Positions 1 through 9,368 of a DNA stretch of 64,000 nucleotides are shown piece after piece (position 1 is the first letter of the stretch; each line of letters starts with the position of its first letter). Position numbers and translations under genes: made by a program. This DNA comes from a virus. The notes beneath the pieces are model-generated. The model saw nothing but the letters and a program-made list of their open reading frames with translations. It was not told the DNA's origin and searched no databases. The stretch is from positions 1 through 64,000 of IMG/VR virus record IMGVR_UViG_3300020463_002440. One strand, 5' to 3'.

Positions 1-288
1 GGATTGCCACTACAAAGAATATCTACAAATGTAATTAGGCATGTGTACAGAAGAACTAGAGGTAAATTAACTATCATTGGTGTTGGCGGTGTATTTACAG
101 CCAAAGATGCTTATGAAAAAATTACATCAGGTGCTAGTTTACTACACATGATCACAACTATGATATTCGACGGTCCACAAAATATTAATGAAATTAATAG
201 AGGGCTTGTTAAACTTATTAAAAAAGACGGATTTGAATCTATTGAACAGGCAGTAGGTTGTCGTAATCCATTACCGGAGCTAAATTAA
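1..288 (+). CDS. pyrD: Dihydroorotate dehydrogenase, C-terminal part (5' end outside window)
   Basis: IIGVGGV...DAYEKI..GASL motif of the DHODH FMN-binding C-terminus; frame is open from base 1. Confidence 0.85.
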   Translation, partial: GLPLQRISTNVIRHVYRRTRGKLTIIGVGGVFTAKDAYEKITSGASLLHMITTMIFDGPQNINEINRGLVKLIKKDGFESIEQAVGCRNPLPELN

Positions 289-290
289 AA

Positions 291-980
291 ATGAAAAATT
301 TTAGACAAATTTTAGAAAATGTCGATTCAATCGACGAAAATCTCTCGAGAGAATCTAAAGCTTTAGCAAAAGAAATTAACGATGCTGCTCGTCGTGAGAG
401 TGGAGCCGATAAAAAAGATTTCCAAAATATTGCTAAAATGATATCTCAAAACAAACACAAAGAAGCAGCTAAGTATATGGCAAAACTTGATACAGTTGTT
501 CTTGAAGATCTTGTTACTTTTATTATGGGACATCAAGAAGTATTTAAAAAGATGTATCCAAAAGCAAGAGAAGGACAATACGTTGCACATTTTGCTAGAA
601 AAGTAGAATCAAAAAACGAAGAAGCTGAACCAATTGTCGAAGCAATGTCTGAAAGAGACAAAAAGAAAAGACTCATTATGATTAAGAAAGCTGTTGAAAA
701 ACTCAATAAGCAAAATCTTGATAAGGCAAAGAAAGACGCAATTGCTATGATGAAAGCATCAGGAATGTTTGACGAAGAAGAACACCACGATGATGCAGAG
801 TTATCAGAAGCTAAATTAAAGTTTTACGGTTCTGAAATATCAGGTCTTAGAGATAATAAAGGCGGAATGTATACTGCCAAGCCTGTAGAACATAAAGGTA
901 AAGTCGGTTATAGGGTTGTAAATCAATTTGGAGATTTTGAGACAATTGATCTTAAAGCCTTCGCAAAAAAATTCGGGTAA
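291..980 (+). CDS. Hypothetical, putative head-internal/virion protein
   Basis: 229 aa, charged; N-terminus MKNFRQILE resembles T4 capsid-targeting sequences; IVEA/LSEA are possible prohead-protease sites. Confidence 0.5.
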   Translation: MKNFRQILENVDSIDENLSRESKALAKEINDAARRESGADKKDFQNIAKMISQNKHKEAAKYMAKLDTVVLEDLVTFIMGHQEVFKKMYPKAREGQYVAHFARKVESKNEEAEPIVEAMSERDKKKRLIMIKKAVEKLNKQNLDKAKKDAIAMMKASGMFDEEEHHDDAELSEAKLKFYGSEISGLRDNKGGMYTAKPVEHKGKVGYRVVNQFGDFETIDLKAFAKKFG

Positions 981-986
981 ATAAAA

Positions 987-1448
987 ATGGTAAATATAGA
1001 AATCCAAGTCAAAGGCCTTAAAGGTAATATTGACAAATTAGAAGATTATATGGAAGATGAATCTCTTGCAGGAATTATGTTTGGTTATTTTGATATTAAC
1101 GAACCAGAAGAACATGAAATTAAATACAAAGGCAATAAAATATTAATGTCTTATAGTGATGATGAAGATCCTATGGTTCAGTTCAAAAAGATTAAAACAT
1201 TTTGTGCAGATTATACTAAGTTCGCAAGATTGACATCAAAGGTAATAGTACAACATATTAAAAATGGTGGAGATCCAACTGATCTTTCAGATATATCTGA
1301 TAAAGGTCCAATTGATCCTTACTTCAGAGGCGCAGTAGAATCAGGTAAATTTGGAGATGCAAAAAGACCATTTTCTTATTCAGCAACAATGAAACAAGTA
1401 AGAGAGTCAATTAAATCATTCAGGAATTTTAGTGATGGAATCGTTTAA
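987..1448 (+). CDS. Hypothetical protein
   Basis: 153 aa ORF packed between neighbours. Confidence 0.6.
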   Translation: MVNIEIQVKGLKGNIDKLEDYMEDESLAGIMFGYFDINEPEEHEIKYKGNKILMSYSDDEDPMVQFKKIKTFCADYTKFARLTSKVIVQHIKNGGDPTDLSDISDKGPIDPYFRGAVESGKFGDAKRPFSYSATMKQVRESIKSFRNFSDGIV

Positions 1449-1998
1449 ACAATTTTTAGAAAGAGACGGTTGCTGGGATGGCTACAAAAAAGTAGGCATG
1501 AAAAAGAAAGGTGACAAGATGGTTCCTAATTGTGTGCCTGAAGAAAATGTAGAAGAAAAATTTCAAAAAACAAAAACAATGAAAGACATAATGCGTGTTT
1601 ATGGTAGAGATTTAAAAAAGGCTGAAAGAACTGGAAAGTTAGATTTACCAAGCGATGTTGAAGATGCTTTAAAGAGTTGGGTATTTAAAAACGAACCTTA
1701 TATCGGAGATGATCCTGATGATTTCGATGAATGGTTAGATAATAATATAGAAGATATTGTAAAAGGTAAAATCAGAGAATCGGCTGAAGTCGAAGAAGGA
1801 TCAGAAACTTGGGAAGATGGATTTCAAAGGCGTGTTGTAAAAACAACAAAAGATTCCCATAAAAAAGATGGATACAATTGGCGAATTAAAGGCAAAGATA
1901 AAGATCATCTTTCAATTAAGTTATATAAAAGTAAACCAGATTTTGCTGAATTTAAAAAACAGATGAAGCGAGTCGCAGGACACGAATTCGGAGGATAA
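1435..1998 (+). CDS. Hypothetical, putative head-internal protein
   Basis: MESFKQFLE N-terminus; CWDGY..VPNCVP motif, which I recall as recurrent in T4-like marine phage proteins. Confidence 0.55.
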   Translation: MESFKQFLERDGCWDGYKKVGMKKKGDKMVPNCVPEENVEEKFQKTKTMKDIMRVYGRDLKKAERTGKLDLPSDVEDALKSWVFKNEPYIGDDPDDFDEWLDNNIEDIVKGKIRESAEVEEGSETWEDGFQRRVVKTTKDSHKKDGYNWRIKGKDKDHLSIKLYKSKPDFAEFKKQMKRVAGHEFGG

Positions 1999-1999
1999 C

Positions 2000-2626
2000 G
2001 TGGATAATAGACAAGATAGAATAGACGCGGAAATCAAAAAAGCAATTGATGGACGCACAAAAGAATTTAAAGAAAAGCTTGCAAAGCTTGCTTACGAAAA
2101 GATTAAACAACAATTAATTAAACATCCAAAGGAACCACTAAAAGGATTTCCTTATAACGAAGATGTTGAATTAGAAGATGGCGAAATACTTGTTTGTCTT
2201 GATGAAAAGGTTCGTGGCGGAAAAGGTAATGGCACTGTTGATATTGATTATATCGGAGATGCAGATTTATCAAAAAAGCTTATGAAGAAGTTCAAAATTA
2301 AAATCAAACAAACAGGTAGAACTACAGCTGATATCATTGGTAAGAAACAAGATGTTATCAATTTCCTTCAATCAGACGCAATGATGATGGACGACGATGA
2401 TATTGTAGATATGTATCCTGAACTTACTGAAGCAGTTGCAGAGCTACAAGAGCTTAACGCAAGATATGAACTATCTGATATGAAGCAATCAAAAGACCCT
2501 AAGGTCAAAAGAGAGCTTGCTAAATTGATGAGAGCAAAATATCCATCTATGCAATACATTAGACAATATAAAGAAGTTGAAGCTGCATTAGACGCAAGCC
2601 TTCCTGCGCATAAGCGTAAGAAGTAA
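2000..2626 (+). CDS. Hypothetical protein
   Basis: 208 aa, GTG start after GGAGG. Confidence 0.6.
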   Translation: MDNRQDRIDAEIKKAIDGRTKEFKEKLAKLAYEKIKQQLIKHPKEPLKGFPYNEDVELEDGEILVCLDEKVRGGKGNGTVDIDYIGDADLSKKLMKKFKIKIKQTGRTTADIIGKKQDVINFLQSDAMMMDDDDIVDMYPELTEAVAELQELNARYELSDMKQSKDPKVKRELAKLMRAKYPSMQYIRQYKEVEAALDASLPAHKRKK

Positions 2627-2646
2627 AAATACTTGAAATTAATATT

Positions 2647-4095
2647 ATGAAATCTATATCTGAATACAGAACCTCAACTCTTGAAGAAGAAGTAAGTTCA
2701 GAATTATCCTTTGAAGATTTACACGTTGTTGTACTAGGTACAGGCGACGGTGATGGTACTTTTGCTGGACTCATGGAAGAGGTTACAATTAAACGAAATA
2801 TCAAATATGATTTCGTTGATGTAAGACAAGCATGGATTGCCGGTTCAGATATTGAAATTGGCTCCGTTAAGATTCGTAATATTGATGGAAAAGGAAAGGA
2901 CGCAGAAGTACAAACACATGACTCAATTGTATTTGTTAGAGCAGGAGCCATTGAAACTCTATCCTCACAATCAATGGTTTCTTCCTTACAAGATATTGGT
3001 TTCCTAGTTGTTAATGATTTAGATTCAATGTTAGTTTGCGATAATAAAATGTCAAACGCATTGATGATGGAAAGAAACAATATTCCAATTCCAAAAACAT
3101 CAATCATATCAAACGAAAAATCTATTGAAGACGCTCATAAACGTATTGGCGGTAAATTTCCTGTTATTATTAAAACACTAAAAGGTACACAAGGTGTTGG
3201 TGTTATGAAGGTTGATAGTATGTCTTCACTTACAGGTGTATGCCAAGGTCTATGGAAATACGAAGCAGATTTATTGTTACAAGAATATAAAGAAATGAAA
3301 TCTGATATTCGTACTCTTGTTATTGGTGGTAAAATATTAGCATCAGCTGAAAGAATAAGAGAAAAAGATAATAAAGACTTTAGAAACAATGTTCATTTAG
3401 GTGCAAGCACAGTACCATATAGTTTATCAAAGAAAGAGATAGCAGTAATCAAAGCAGCTGCTCGTGCAAGTGGTGCAATGTATTGTGGAGTTGACCATGC
3501 AATGGTTCAAGGTAAACCGTATATCTTGGAAGTAAATGGTTCACCAGGTATTCGTTCTCACTTTGAAGGTTATGATCCTTGGACAGAAGAAAAGCAAGGT
3601 AAAATATCAGATAAGAAAGTATTGGAAAAGATTATACAATTCTTTTCCAAAGATGTCAATAGACGACCTGTATTTAGACAAGAAGCAGGTTATATTGAAA
3701 CAATTTTATTCGAAGGTATGGAAAAGAATCCTGTTAGAGCAAAGTTTGATACAGGAAATAGTGCCAAGGCAAGTATGCTTCACGTTGATTCAATGACAGT
3801 TAAAAATGGAAAGGTTACTTGGGAAAAGAACGGATACGAGTTTGAAGATAAGTTATTGTATATTTCAAAACCAATGAGAGGTCAAAAACCATTTGACGAA
3901 AGACCAGTAATTGAACATAATATATATTTTAACAATAAAAAGCATATTGCTGAAATTGCGTTGTCTTTAAAGGATACTGCATCAGAGATGTTAGTAAATA
4001 GAAAACTTATGACAAAATTTAAAGTTGCAGTTAATCCAAATAGAAGATTTATATTATCAAACAAAACAGCAAGAAACGACGAGTCAGATCACTAA
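2647..4095 (+). CDS. rimK: RimK-family ATP-grasp glutamate ligase fused to a C-terminal retropepsin-like (RimB-like) protease
   Basis: PVIIKTLKGTQGVGV, DIRTLVIGG, DFRNNVHLGA, LEVNGSPG (RimK); AKFDTGNS aspartic-protease motif in the last ~130 aa. Confidence 0.85.
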   Translation: MKSISEYRTSTLEEEVSSELSFEDLHVVVLGTGDGDGTFAGLMEEVTIKRNIKYDFVDVRQAWIAGSDIEIGSVKIRNIDGKGKDAEVQTHDSIVFVRAGAIETLSSQSMVSSLQDIGFLVVNDLDSMLVCDNKMSNALMMERNNIPIPKTSIISNEKSIEDAHKRIGGKFPVIIKTLKGTQGVGVMKVDSMSSLTGVCQGLWKYEADLLLQEYKEMKSDIRTLVIGGKILASAERIREKDNKDFRNNVHLGASTVPYSLSKKEIAVIKAAARASGAMYCGVDHAMVQGKPYILEVNGSPGIRSHFEGYDPWTEEKQGKISDKKVLEKIIQFFSKDVNRRPVFRQEAGYIETILFEGMEKNPVRAKFDTGNSAKASMLHVDSMTVKNGKVTWEKNGYEFEDKLLYISKPMRGQKPFDERPVIEHNIYFNNKKHIAEIALSLKDTASEMLVNRKLMTKFKVAVNPNRRFILSNKTARNDESDH

Positions 4096-4493
4096 TGAAA
4101 AAGTATACAGATTGGAAACAAGAAAACTTTGGATTATATGAAGGAGTTACGGTTCCTTTAGAAAAACCACTTATTGAGTTTGATAATTCAATGGGATTGC
4201 TTGCAGCAGAAAAAGATGTAGAACTAAATAAGCCAAAACGTTCAAGTGGAGATAAGAAATATGTTGTTTATGTTAGAAACCCTGACACAGGCAATATCAA
4301 GAAGATTGAGTTCGGTGATGAAAAAGGTGGTCTCACGGCAAAGATTAATGATAGAGAAGCAGCAAAGAATTTTGCATCAAGACACAATTGCGATACTAAA
4401 ACAGATAAACTCACTCCTGGATATTGGGCATGTCGATTACCAAAATACGCAAACGAACTCGGACTTAAAGGTGGCGGAGATTTTTTCTGGTAA
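4095..4493 (+). CDS. Conserved phage hypothetical protein
   Basis: KKYVVYV..FG..F.SRH.C..GYWAC pattern. Confidence 0.65.
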   Translation: MKKYTDWKQENFGLYEGVTVPLEKPLIEFDNSMGLLAAEKDVELNKPKRSSGDKKYVVYVRNPDTGNIKKIEFGDEKGGLTAKINDREAAKNFASRHNCDTKTDKLTPGYWACRLPKYANELGLKGGGDFFW

Positions 4494-4743
4494 GCCATAT
4501 ACTGATATTGACGATATTCGTATCTTCGATGTTAATAAAGATGAATCAGAATATGTTTGGCACAGAGATAATGAAGATCGTATGATTGAGGTATTAAAAG
4601 GAGATGGATGGCAATTTCAGCCTGAAGGATCTCTACCTTTATTATTAAAACCTGGAATTGGGTTTACAATAAGAAAAGGGGAATACCATAGATTACATAA
4701 GGGTATTAACAATTTGGAGATTAGAGTTACCAAACTGTTATAA
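4471..4743 (+). CDS. Cupin-like hypothetical protein
   Basis: WHRD.E.R...EYHR; probable GTG start at 4471, since the longer ORF overlaps the previous gene. Confidence 0.55.
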   Translation: MAEIFSGKPYTDIDDIRIFDVNKDESEYVWHRDNEDRMIEVLKGDGWQFQPEGSLPLLLKPGIGFTIRKGEYHRLHKGINNLEIRVTKLL

Positions 4744-4746
4744 ATA
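4739..4746 (+). promoter_or_regulatory. T4-type late promoter
   Basis: TATAAATA ~33 nt upstream of ATG 4779. Confidence 0.7.
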
Positions 4747-4778
4747 AACATAGAATAAAAAATAATAGGAATTAAGAA

Positions 4779-5258
4779 ATGGCCGACGGAAGTTTTAAAT
4801 TAGTTGATATGGACGACAAGTCCTATAAGAACGCGTTATCACTTGCTAAGAAGGCAAGACTTAATCCATTTACTAAAAAGACATCGACAGGAATGGAGAT
4901 AAGTGTTTTTGGTAGTAACAAAGATATAATGAAATTTTTAAAGTCATTACCAGAAAATTATAAAGAGGAAACCACAATGTCAAATTGGAAAGAAATCATA
5001 GAGAGCAAAATCGAAGAAAAGATTATGGCTCGTTTACAAAACGAAGAAGATACTGATTATCAGGAATTCTTCAAAAGTGTACTAAAAAAGTTTGGAGTCG
5101 AATCACCAGCTGAATTGGACGATGCAAAGAAAAAAGAATTCTTTGACCACATCGACAAGAACTGGAAAGGCGACAATGAAAAGGCTGAGGATACTGAAGC
5201 ATCAGATACTCTTGAGCCAAAGAAAAAGAAATTAGCTGCTAGCAATTGCGGTAGTTAA
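4779..5258 (+). CDS. Hypothetical virion-associated protein
   Basis: 159 aa downstream of a late promoter; possible internal start at 4977. Confidence 0.6.
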   Translation: MADGSFKLVDMDDKSYKNALSLAKKARLNPFTKKTSTGMEISVFGSNKDIMKFLKSLPENYKEETTMSNWKEIIESKIEEKIMARLQNEEDTDYQEFFKSVLKKFGVESPAELDDAKKKEFFDHIDKNWKGDNEKAEDTEASDTLEPKKKKLAASNCGS

Positions 5259-5295
5259 TTTGTAATTATATAATTATATATTATAGGAGTAAATT

Positions 5296-5535
5296 ATGTT
5301 TATTATTGATTGGCTAAAAAGCCTATTCGGTATGACTGATACTGTTAAATCGGTGGATGTTGTTAAGGAGCCTAAAAAGGCAGCCGCAGCAGCAGGTCCT
5401 AAGGTAACTAAAGCTTCGTTAAACAAATTAACGAAAGCAGGGTTAGAAACAGAAGGTCGTAAAGTTGGGATAGAACTCGATAAAAGACTTAAAAAAGCTG
5501 AGTTAGTAGACCAGCTTTATAAAGCAATTAAATAA
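5296..5535 (+). CDS. Small protein with a HeH/Rho-N-like C-terminal helix pair
   Basis: LNKLTKAGLE...IELDKRLKKAELVDQL; AGGAG RBS. Confidence 0.5.
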   Translation: MFIIDWLKSLFGMTDTVKSVDVVKEPKKAAAAAGPKVTKASLNKLTKAGLETEGRKVGIELDKRLKKAELVDQLYKAIK

Positions 5536-5581
5536 TTTTTTTTGTTATAAAGAATTTAATTAAAATAAAAAGGAGATAACA

Positions 5582-5893
5582 ATGGCACTATGGGGAAAAA
5601 CAGACGCTGCATCAAGCGTACCAAAGTGGCTCGAAACATCCGCAGATAATACAAACAAATCTCATGATGAAGATTTAGCTGTATTCGTTGATACGACTGA
5701 AGCAGGCGTAGCGGCTAACAGAGCAAAAGGTCTTAAAACACCTGGTTGGAATTTGTATCATACTTATACTGATGCAACAGGCGCAACTCGCCATAAAGCA
5801 GAATCTTTAGTAGTAATGAAAGTTGCTGCTGCTGACGCAGGCGATGCTGGTGTAACAGGTACAGGTGATGATTCAATTGTAGCTGACAGCTAA
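5582..5893 (+). CDS. Putative virion structural protein (MALWG type)
   Basis: MALWG N-terminus and GW...RHKAE motif typical of T4-like marine phage structural proteins; strong RBS. Confidence 0.6.
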   Translation: MALWGKTDAASSVPKWLETSADNTNKSHDEDLAVFVDTTEAGVAANRAKGLKTPGWNLYHTYTDATGATRHKAESLVVMKVAAADAGDAGVTGTGDDSIVADS

Positions 5894-5918
5894 TTTTAAA
5901 TAGTTAGCCTTTATTGTT

Positions 5919-6293
5919 ATGAATTTGACAGAATCAACCTTTCTGCTATATGCGATGAAACACTATGACAACCCTCAGTGTACTGAGATGTCAGAGTTCG
6001 AAGAGGATATTAAAAGATTTCAGTATCTTCGTAAACTCTTCAGTCGTTACAGGCAAGATGATGAATTAAAGGAAAGGTTGATACTGAACCATCTCATTGT
6101 AATATTCAATGTGTTTGGTGCAGAGGCAACAAATATGTTATTCATGCGATTGCATGAGTATCACGAATATTTAAAACCATTCGTAGTATATTTGAATTTT
6201 ATGCCTTCAATTATTAAGTATGATGATACAGTAATCAACTCAAGAAGTATTAATGCTGATGAGTTTGTTATTAACAGGCTTAAGGAAATCTAA
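5919..6293 (+). CDS. Conserved T4-like hypothetical protein
   Basis: FLLYAMKHYDNPQC...ERLILNHLIV. Confidence 0.7.
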   Translation: MNLTESTFLLYAMKHYDNPQCTEMSEFEEDIKRFQYLRKLFSRYRQDDELKERLILNHLIVIFNVFGAEATNMLFMRLHEYHEYLKPFVVYLNFMPSIIKYDDTVINSRSINADEFVINRLKEI

Positions 6294-7052
6294 ATGGTAG
6301 TAGATCTATTTTTAGTATATTCGTTTATTCGACGGTTAGTGACACCTTTTAATAAGTGGGCAGCTTATAAAGAAGGTATTATTGACGATAAAGGTAAATT
6401 ACTAATAAAGCGTAAAGAATTTACTAAGAACGCTCAAAAGAAAGCGTTTGGTGTATTTGACCAAATGATTCTTAATTTGAAAAAGCTTCTTGGTAAACTA
6501 CCAGGCGGACAGACTAAACTTGCATCATATGCATCGGCTCTTTGGTTAATTCGTGAAGAGCAACGTATTAGTGCAACTAATTATTTAACAGAGGAATCTG
6601 TTGACGAAGACATTGAGACGGCCTTAGAAAGGTTTGTTGAAGAGTATGGTATAATTATTGCAGAAGCCGCAAAGAAGGAAGTTGAAGAAGAACCAGCAAA
6701 TTCTGCAGGCGGTGGTGGTATCGCAGGTATAGGTATTGGACCTGACGGCGAACCAGGTGTTTCTAAAAAGAAACAAAAGAAACACAAAAAGAGAGTTAAA
6801 GATTTAATGAAAATCTTGGTTGATGAAGATGCAGTTGCACAGGCTCAACTTAAAGCAAGACAAGCAAGTGAAGCTGACCGTTTAAAGGATCAACAAGATA
6901 AAGATAAAGAAAGAATGAAATTAAAGCATGCCGCTGAAGTTGAACGACAAAAGTCAATTGACGATACAGAAAAAGAGCGTGAGAAACGTAAACAAGACCG
7001 TGATAAAGAGCGGGCTGCTGCAAAACAAGCAATGGGTTCTGCCGCAGGTTAA
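6294..7052 (+). CDS. Conserved T4-like hypothetical protein
   Basis: LVTPF..W.AY..GIID..G N-terminus; Gly-rich and coiled-coil C-terminus. Confidence 0.65.
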   Translation: MVVDLFLVYSFIRRLVTPFNKWAAYKEGIIDDKGKLLIKRKEFTKNAQKKAFGVFDQMILNLKKLLGKLPGGQTKLASYASALWLIREEQRISATNYLTEESVDEDIETALERFVEEYGIIIAEAAKKEVEEEPANSAGGGGIAGIGIGPDGEPGVSKKKQKKHKKRVKDLMKILVDEDAVAQAQLKARQASEADRLKDQQDKDKERMKLKHAAEVERQKSIDDTEKEREKRKQDRDKERAAAKQAMGSAAG

Positions 7053-7071
7053 TTAAAGGATGGTAACATAA

Positions 7072-7539
7072 ATGTTTTTTAGAGATACAAAATTAGACCG
7101 CGAGGCGGTATTTGAACAATTGAAAATAGACGAAGGTGTGGTGTATGAAATCTATCACGATCACCTGGGATACCCTACTTTCGGAGTTGGCCACTTGGTA
7201 CTCGAATCCGATCCTGAATTCGGATCTCCTCTTGGAACTCCAATCGATGAAAAACGAGTTAAGGACTGCTTCGAGCATGACCTTGATCTCGCCATCTCAG
7301 AATGTAATGCTTTATACGAAGATGGGATATTTGAAGATTTACCAGACGAGGTCCAACAGATCTTGGTTAATATGATGTTTAATATGGGTAGAACCAGACT
7401 AAGCAAATTTAAGAAAATGCACGCAGCAATTCTCGATGGAGATTGGAAAACTGCAGCCGTTGAGGGTAGAGATTCTCGATGGCACAAACAAGTTACTAAC
7501 CGAGCCGAGAGATTAATGGTTCGTTTAGAAAATGTATAA
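7072..7539 (+). CDS. T4-type lysozyme (GH24) endolysin
   Basis: DEG.....Y.D.LGYPT.GVGH catalytic E-D-T arrangement; NMMFNMG; SRW..Q. Confidence 0.9.
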   Translation: MFFRDTKLDREAVFEQLKIDEGVVYEIYHDHLGYPTFGVGHLVLESDPEFGSPLGTPIDEKRVKDCFEHDLDLAISECNALYEDGIFEDLPDEVQQILVNMMFNMGRTRLSKFKKMHAAILDGDWKTAAVEGRDSRWHKQVTNRAERLMVRLENV

Positions 7540-7542
7540 ATA
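7535..7542 (+). promoter_or_regulatory. T4-type late promoter
   Basis: TATAAATA overlapping the lysozyme stop, 30 nt before ATG 7573. Confidence 0.7.
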
Positions 7543-7572
7543 AATTTACGATATACAATATGGAGAAAAATT

Positions 7573-7833
7573 ATGCCAGTAAATGATATTATTCAACAAG
7601 CTTTAGACAACAATCCGTTGAATCTAAAGAAAGCGTTTGACGATGAAATGACAACTCGAGTAAGAGCTGCATTAAATCAAAAGTATACTGATATGACTCA
7701 GGAACATCCTGAAGTTGCTGAGGTGGACACAATGGCAGCTGAACTAGCAGCCGAACCTGAAGTTGATGTAGTTGATACACCAGCAGAAGAAGCACCTGAA
7801 GCAGTAATGGACACTGAAGAACCTGCGAGCTAA
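7573..7833 (+). CDS. Putative gp67-like prohead core protein
   Basis: 86 aa; amphipathic N-terminal helices and a very acidic tail like T4 gp67; late promoter. Confidence 0.45.
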   Translation: MPVNDIIQQALDNNPLNLKKAFDDEMTTRVRAALNQKYTDMTQEHPEVAEVDTMAAELAAEPEVDVVDTPAEEAPEAVMDTEEPAS

Positions 7834-7834
7834 T

Positions 7835-8218
7835 ATGTTTAACCAATTATTCATTGGTATTATATTAGTTCTCAGTTTAGGTTCATACTGGTTATATTCA
7901 GAAAACCAAACACTTAAAGAAAATACTGTAAAACTCGAAGCAGCTGTTGAAGAACAGAAAGCTACGTTGACTGCGGTTCGTGAATCGTTTGAAACACAAG
8001 GCAAGTCTTTACAGAATTTACAAAGAAACTATAATCAAATAGAGCAAGAGAAAGATCAGTACCTTGCTATATTTGCCAAACACAATTTTGATAAACTTGC
8101 GTTAGCAAAGCCGGGTCTTATGGAAATAAGATTTAATAATGGTACCGCAGCAGTATTTGAGGACATAGAGAATGACAGCAAAGCTATTAGCGAGCTTGAT
8201 GCTCCTGACGTTCCTTAG
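7835..8218 (+). CDS. Putative inner-membrane spanin (Rz-like)
   Basis: N-terminal TM helix plus coiled coil; overlaps the following lipoprotein gene. Confidence 0.65.
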   Translation: MFNQLFIGIILVLSLGSYWLYSENQTLKENTVKLEAAVEEQKATLTAVRESFETQGKSLQNLQRNYNQIEQEKDQYLAIFAKHNFDKLALAKPGLMEIRFNNGTAAVFEDIENDSKAISELDAPDVP

Positions 8219-8711
8219 CGGTTGTAGTACCTTACAAAATGTATTCGGTACTAAACAAGTTGAGATCGTAACAAAACCAATAGAAATAGAAATCATACAG
8301 CCTACCCTCCCAAGGCCTATTGATTTAGCAAACCCTAAATGGTATGTTGTATCAGAAGCGATTATAACAAATCCTTGTGTTAAATCTATTTCTTTTGAAC
8401 CTAAAAAGTTTGATGATGAAGGTAAGGAAAAACTAAAACGTCCAAAGACATGTTCTCTCGAAGAGCGTGAAAACCCGGACTGGCCTGTTGGTTATACTTA
8501 CCTTGATAGATTCCTTGACGATATGAAAAAGTTGAATAACGGAGAAGTCGTGTTTGTTGCGATGACTGTTGGAGACTATCAAATGATGTCAGGAAATACT
8601 CAAGAGCTTCGTAGATACATTCGTGAGCTAGGTGAAGTCATTATTTATTATCGTAATGTAACAATTAAAGACGAGCCAGGCGCCGGTGTCGCAATAAAGA
8701 AAAAAGATTAA
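8172..8711 (+). CDS. Putative outer-membrane spanin lipoprotein (Rz1-like)
   Basis: Signal peptide with lipobox FLSG-C, Pro-rich segment. Confidence 0.65.
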   Translation: MTAKLLASLMLLTFLSGCSTLQNVFGTKQVEIVTKPIEIEIIQPTLPRPIDLANPKWYVVSEAIITNPCVKSISFEPKKFDDEGKEKLKRPKTCSLEERENPDWPVGYTYLDRFLDDMKKLNNGEVVFVAMTVGDYQMMSGNTQELRRYIRELGEVIIYYRNVTIKDEPGAGVAIKKKD

Positions 8712-8749
8712 AAAGATTCCAATTAATCTTAATATCTGACACCGGGTAT

Positions 8750-8790
8750 TATAAATATCCATTGACAAATCATGCACTCTGTGATATAAT
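8750..8790 (+). promoter_or_regulatory. Tandem late (TATAAATA) and sigma70-type promoter
   Basis: TATAAATA 8750-8757; TTGACA 8762-N17-TATAAT 8785. Confidence 0.7.
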
Positions 8791-8812
8791 AACCATATAA
8801 CTGGAATAATAT

Positions 8813-9307
8813 ATGTCCCAAGACTTAAGTCACGTAAAAACAGACGTTGCGTTAATCAAGAAAGATATAAAACAAATAGAAAAATTTTTTACAAAGTTTG
8901 ACTATATTGTGGAAATTTCTGCAGAGCGCGACAAGAACATGGCCGTTCAGGTTGAGGTTCTTAAAGGTGTCTCTGAAAAAATTGAAGCGATGGACTTCAA
9001 AATTGAAGAGCATAAGCAAGATGCAGCCAAGGCTCTTGCTGTGGTTCATGATAGATTAGAAATGTATCGAAAGTCTTCAAGAGAAGACCATGAAAGATTG
9101 TCAAGCACAAGTGCTGAATCTCGAAAAGAGCGCAATGCTGAGATTATGGAAGCACTTGGCAAACTCAACGGACAACTTGATAAAAGAATATCTGATATGG
9201 AAAACCAAGTAACAACACTTGATAGATGGAAGTGGTATACACTTGGAATGGTTGCCATAATTGTTTTCATATCAACAAGATTAGACCTTTCTGCAATTTT
9301 TAGTTGA
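8813..9307 (+). CDS. Coiled-coil protein with C-terminal TM helix
   Basis: Heptad pattern; WKWYTLGMVAIIVFI. Confidence 0.6.
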   Translation: MSQDLSHVKTDVALIKKDIKQIEKFFTKFDYIVEISAERDKNMAVQVEVLKGVSEKIEAMDFKIEEHKQDAAKALAVVHDRLEMYRKSSREDHERLSSTSAESRKERNAEIMEALGKLNGQLDKRISDMENQVTTLDRWKWYTLGMVAIIVFISTRLDLSAIFS

Positions 9308-9332
9308 CATTCTAAACATTTTTTGTTATAAT
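9304..9332 (+). promoter_or_regulatory. Sigma70-type promoter upstream of primase
   Basis: TTGACA-N17-TATAAT. Confidence 0.75.
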
Positions 9333-9368
9333 AGCAGTTAATAACAAAACATTTGGCTTTTTTATATA

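Noticed and set aside
4246-4470. N-terminal 75 aa of the 165-aa ORF
   Set aside because: Overlaps the conserved 4095-4493 gene in another frame; the GTG at 4471 is more plausible.
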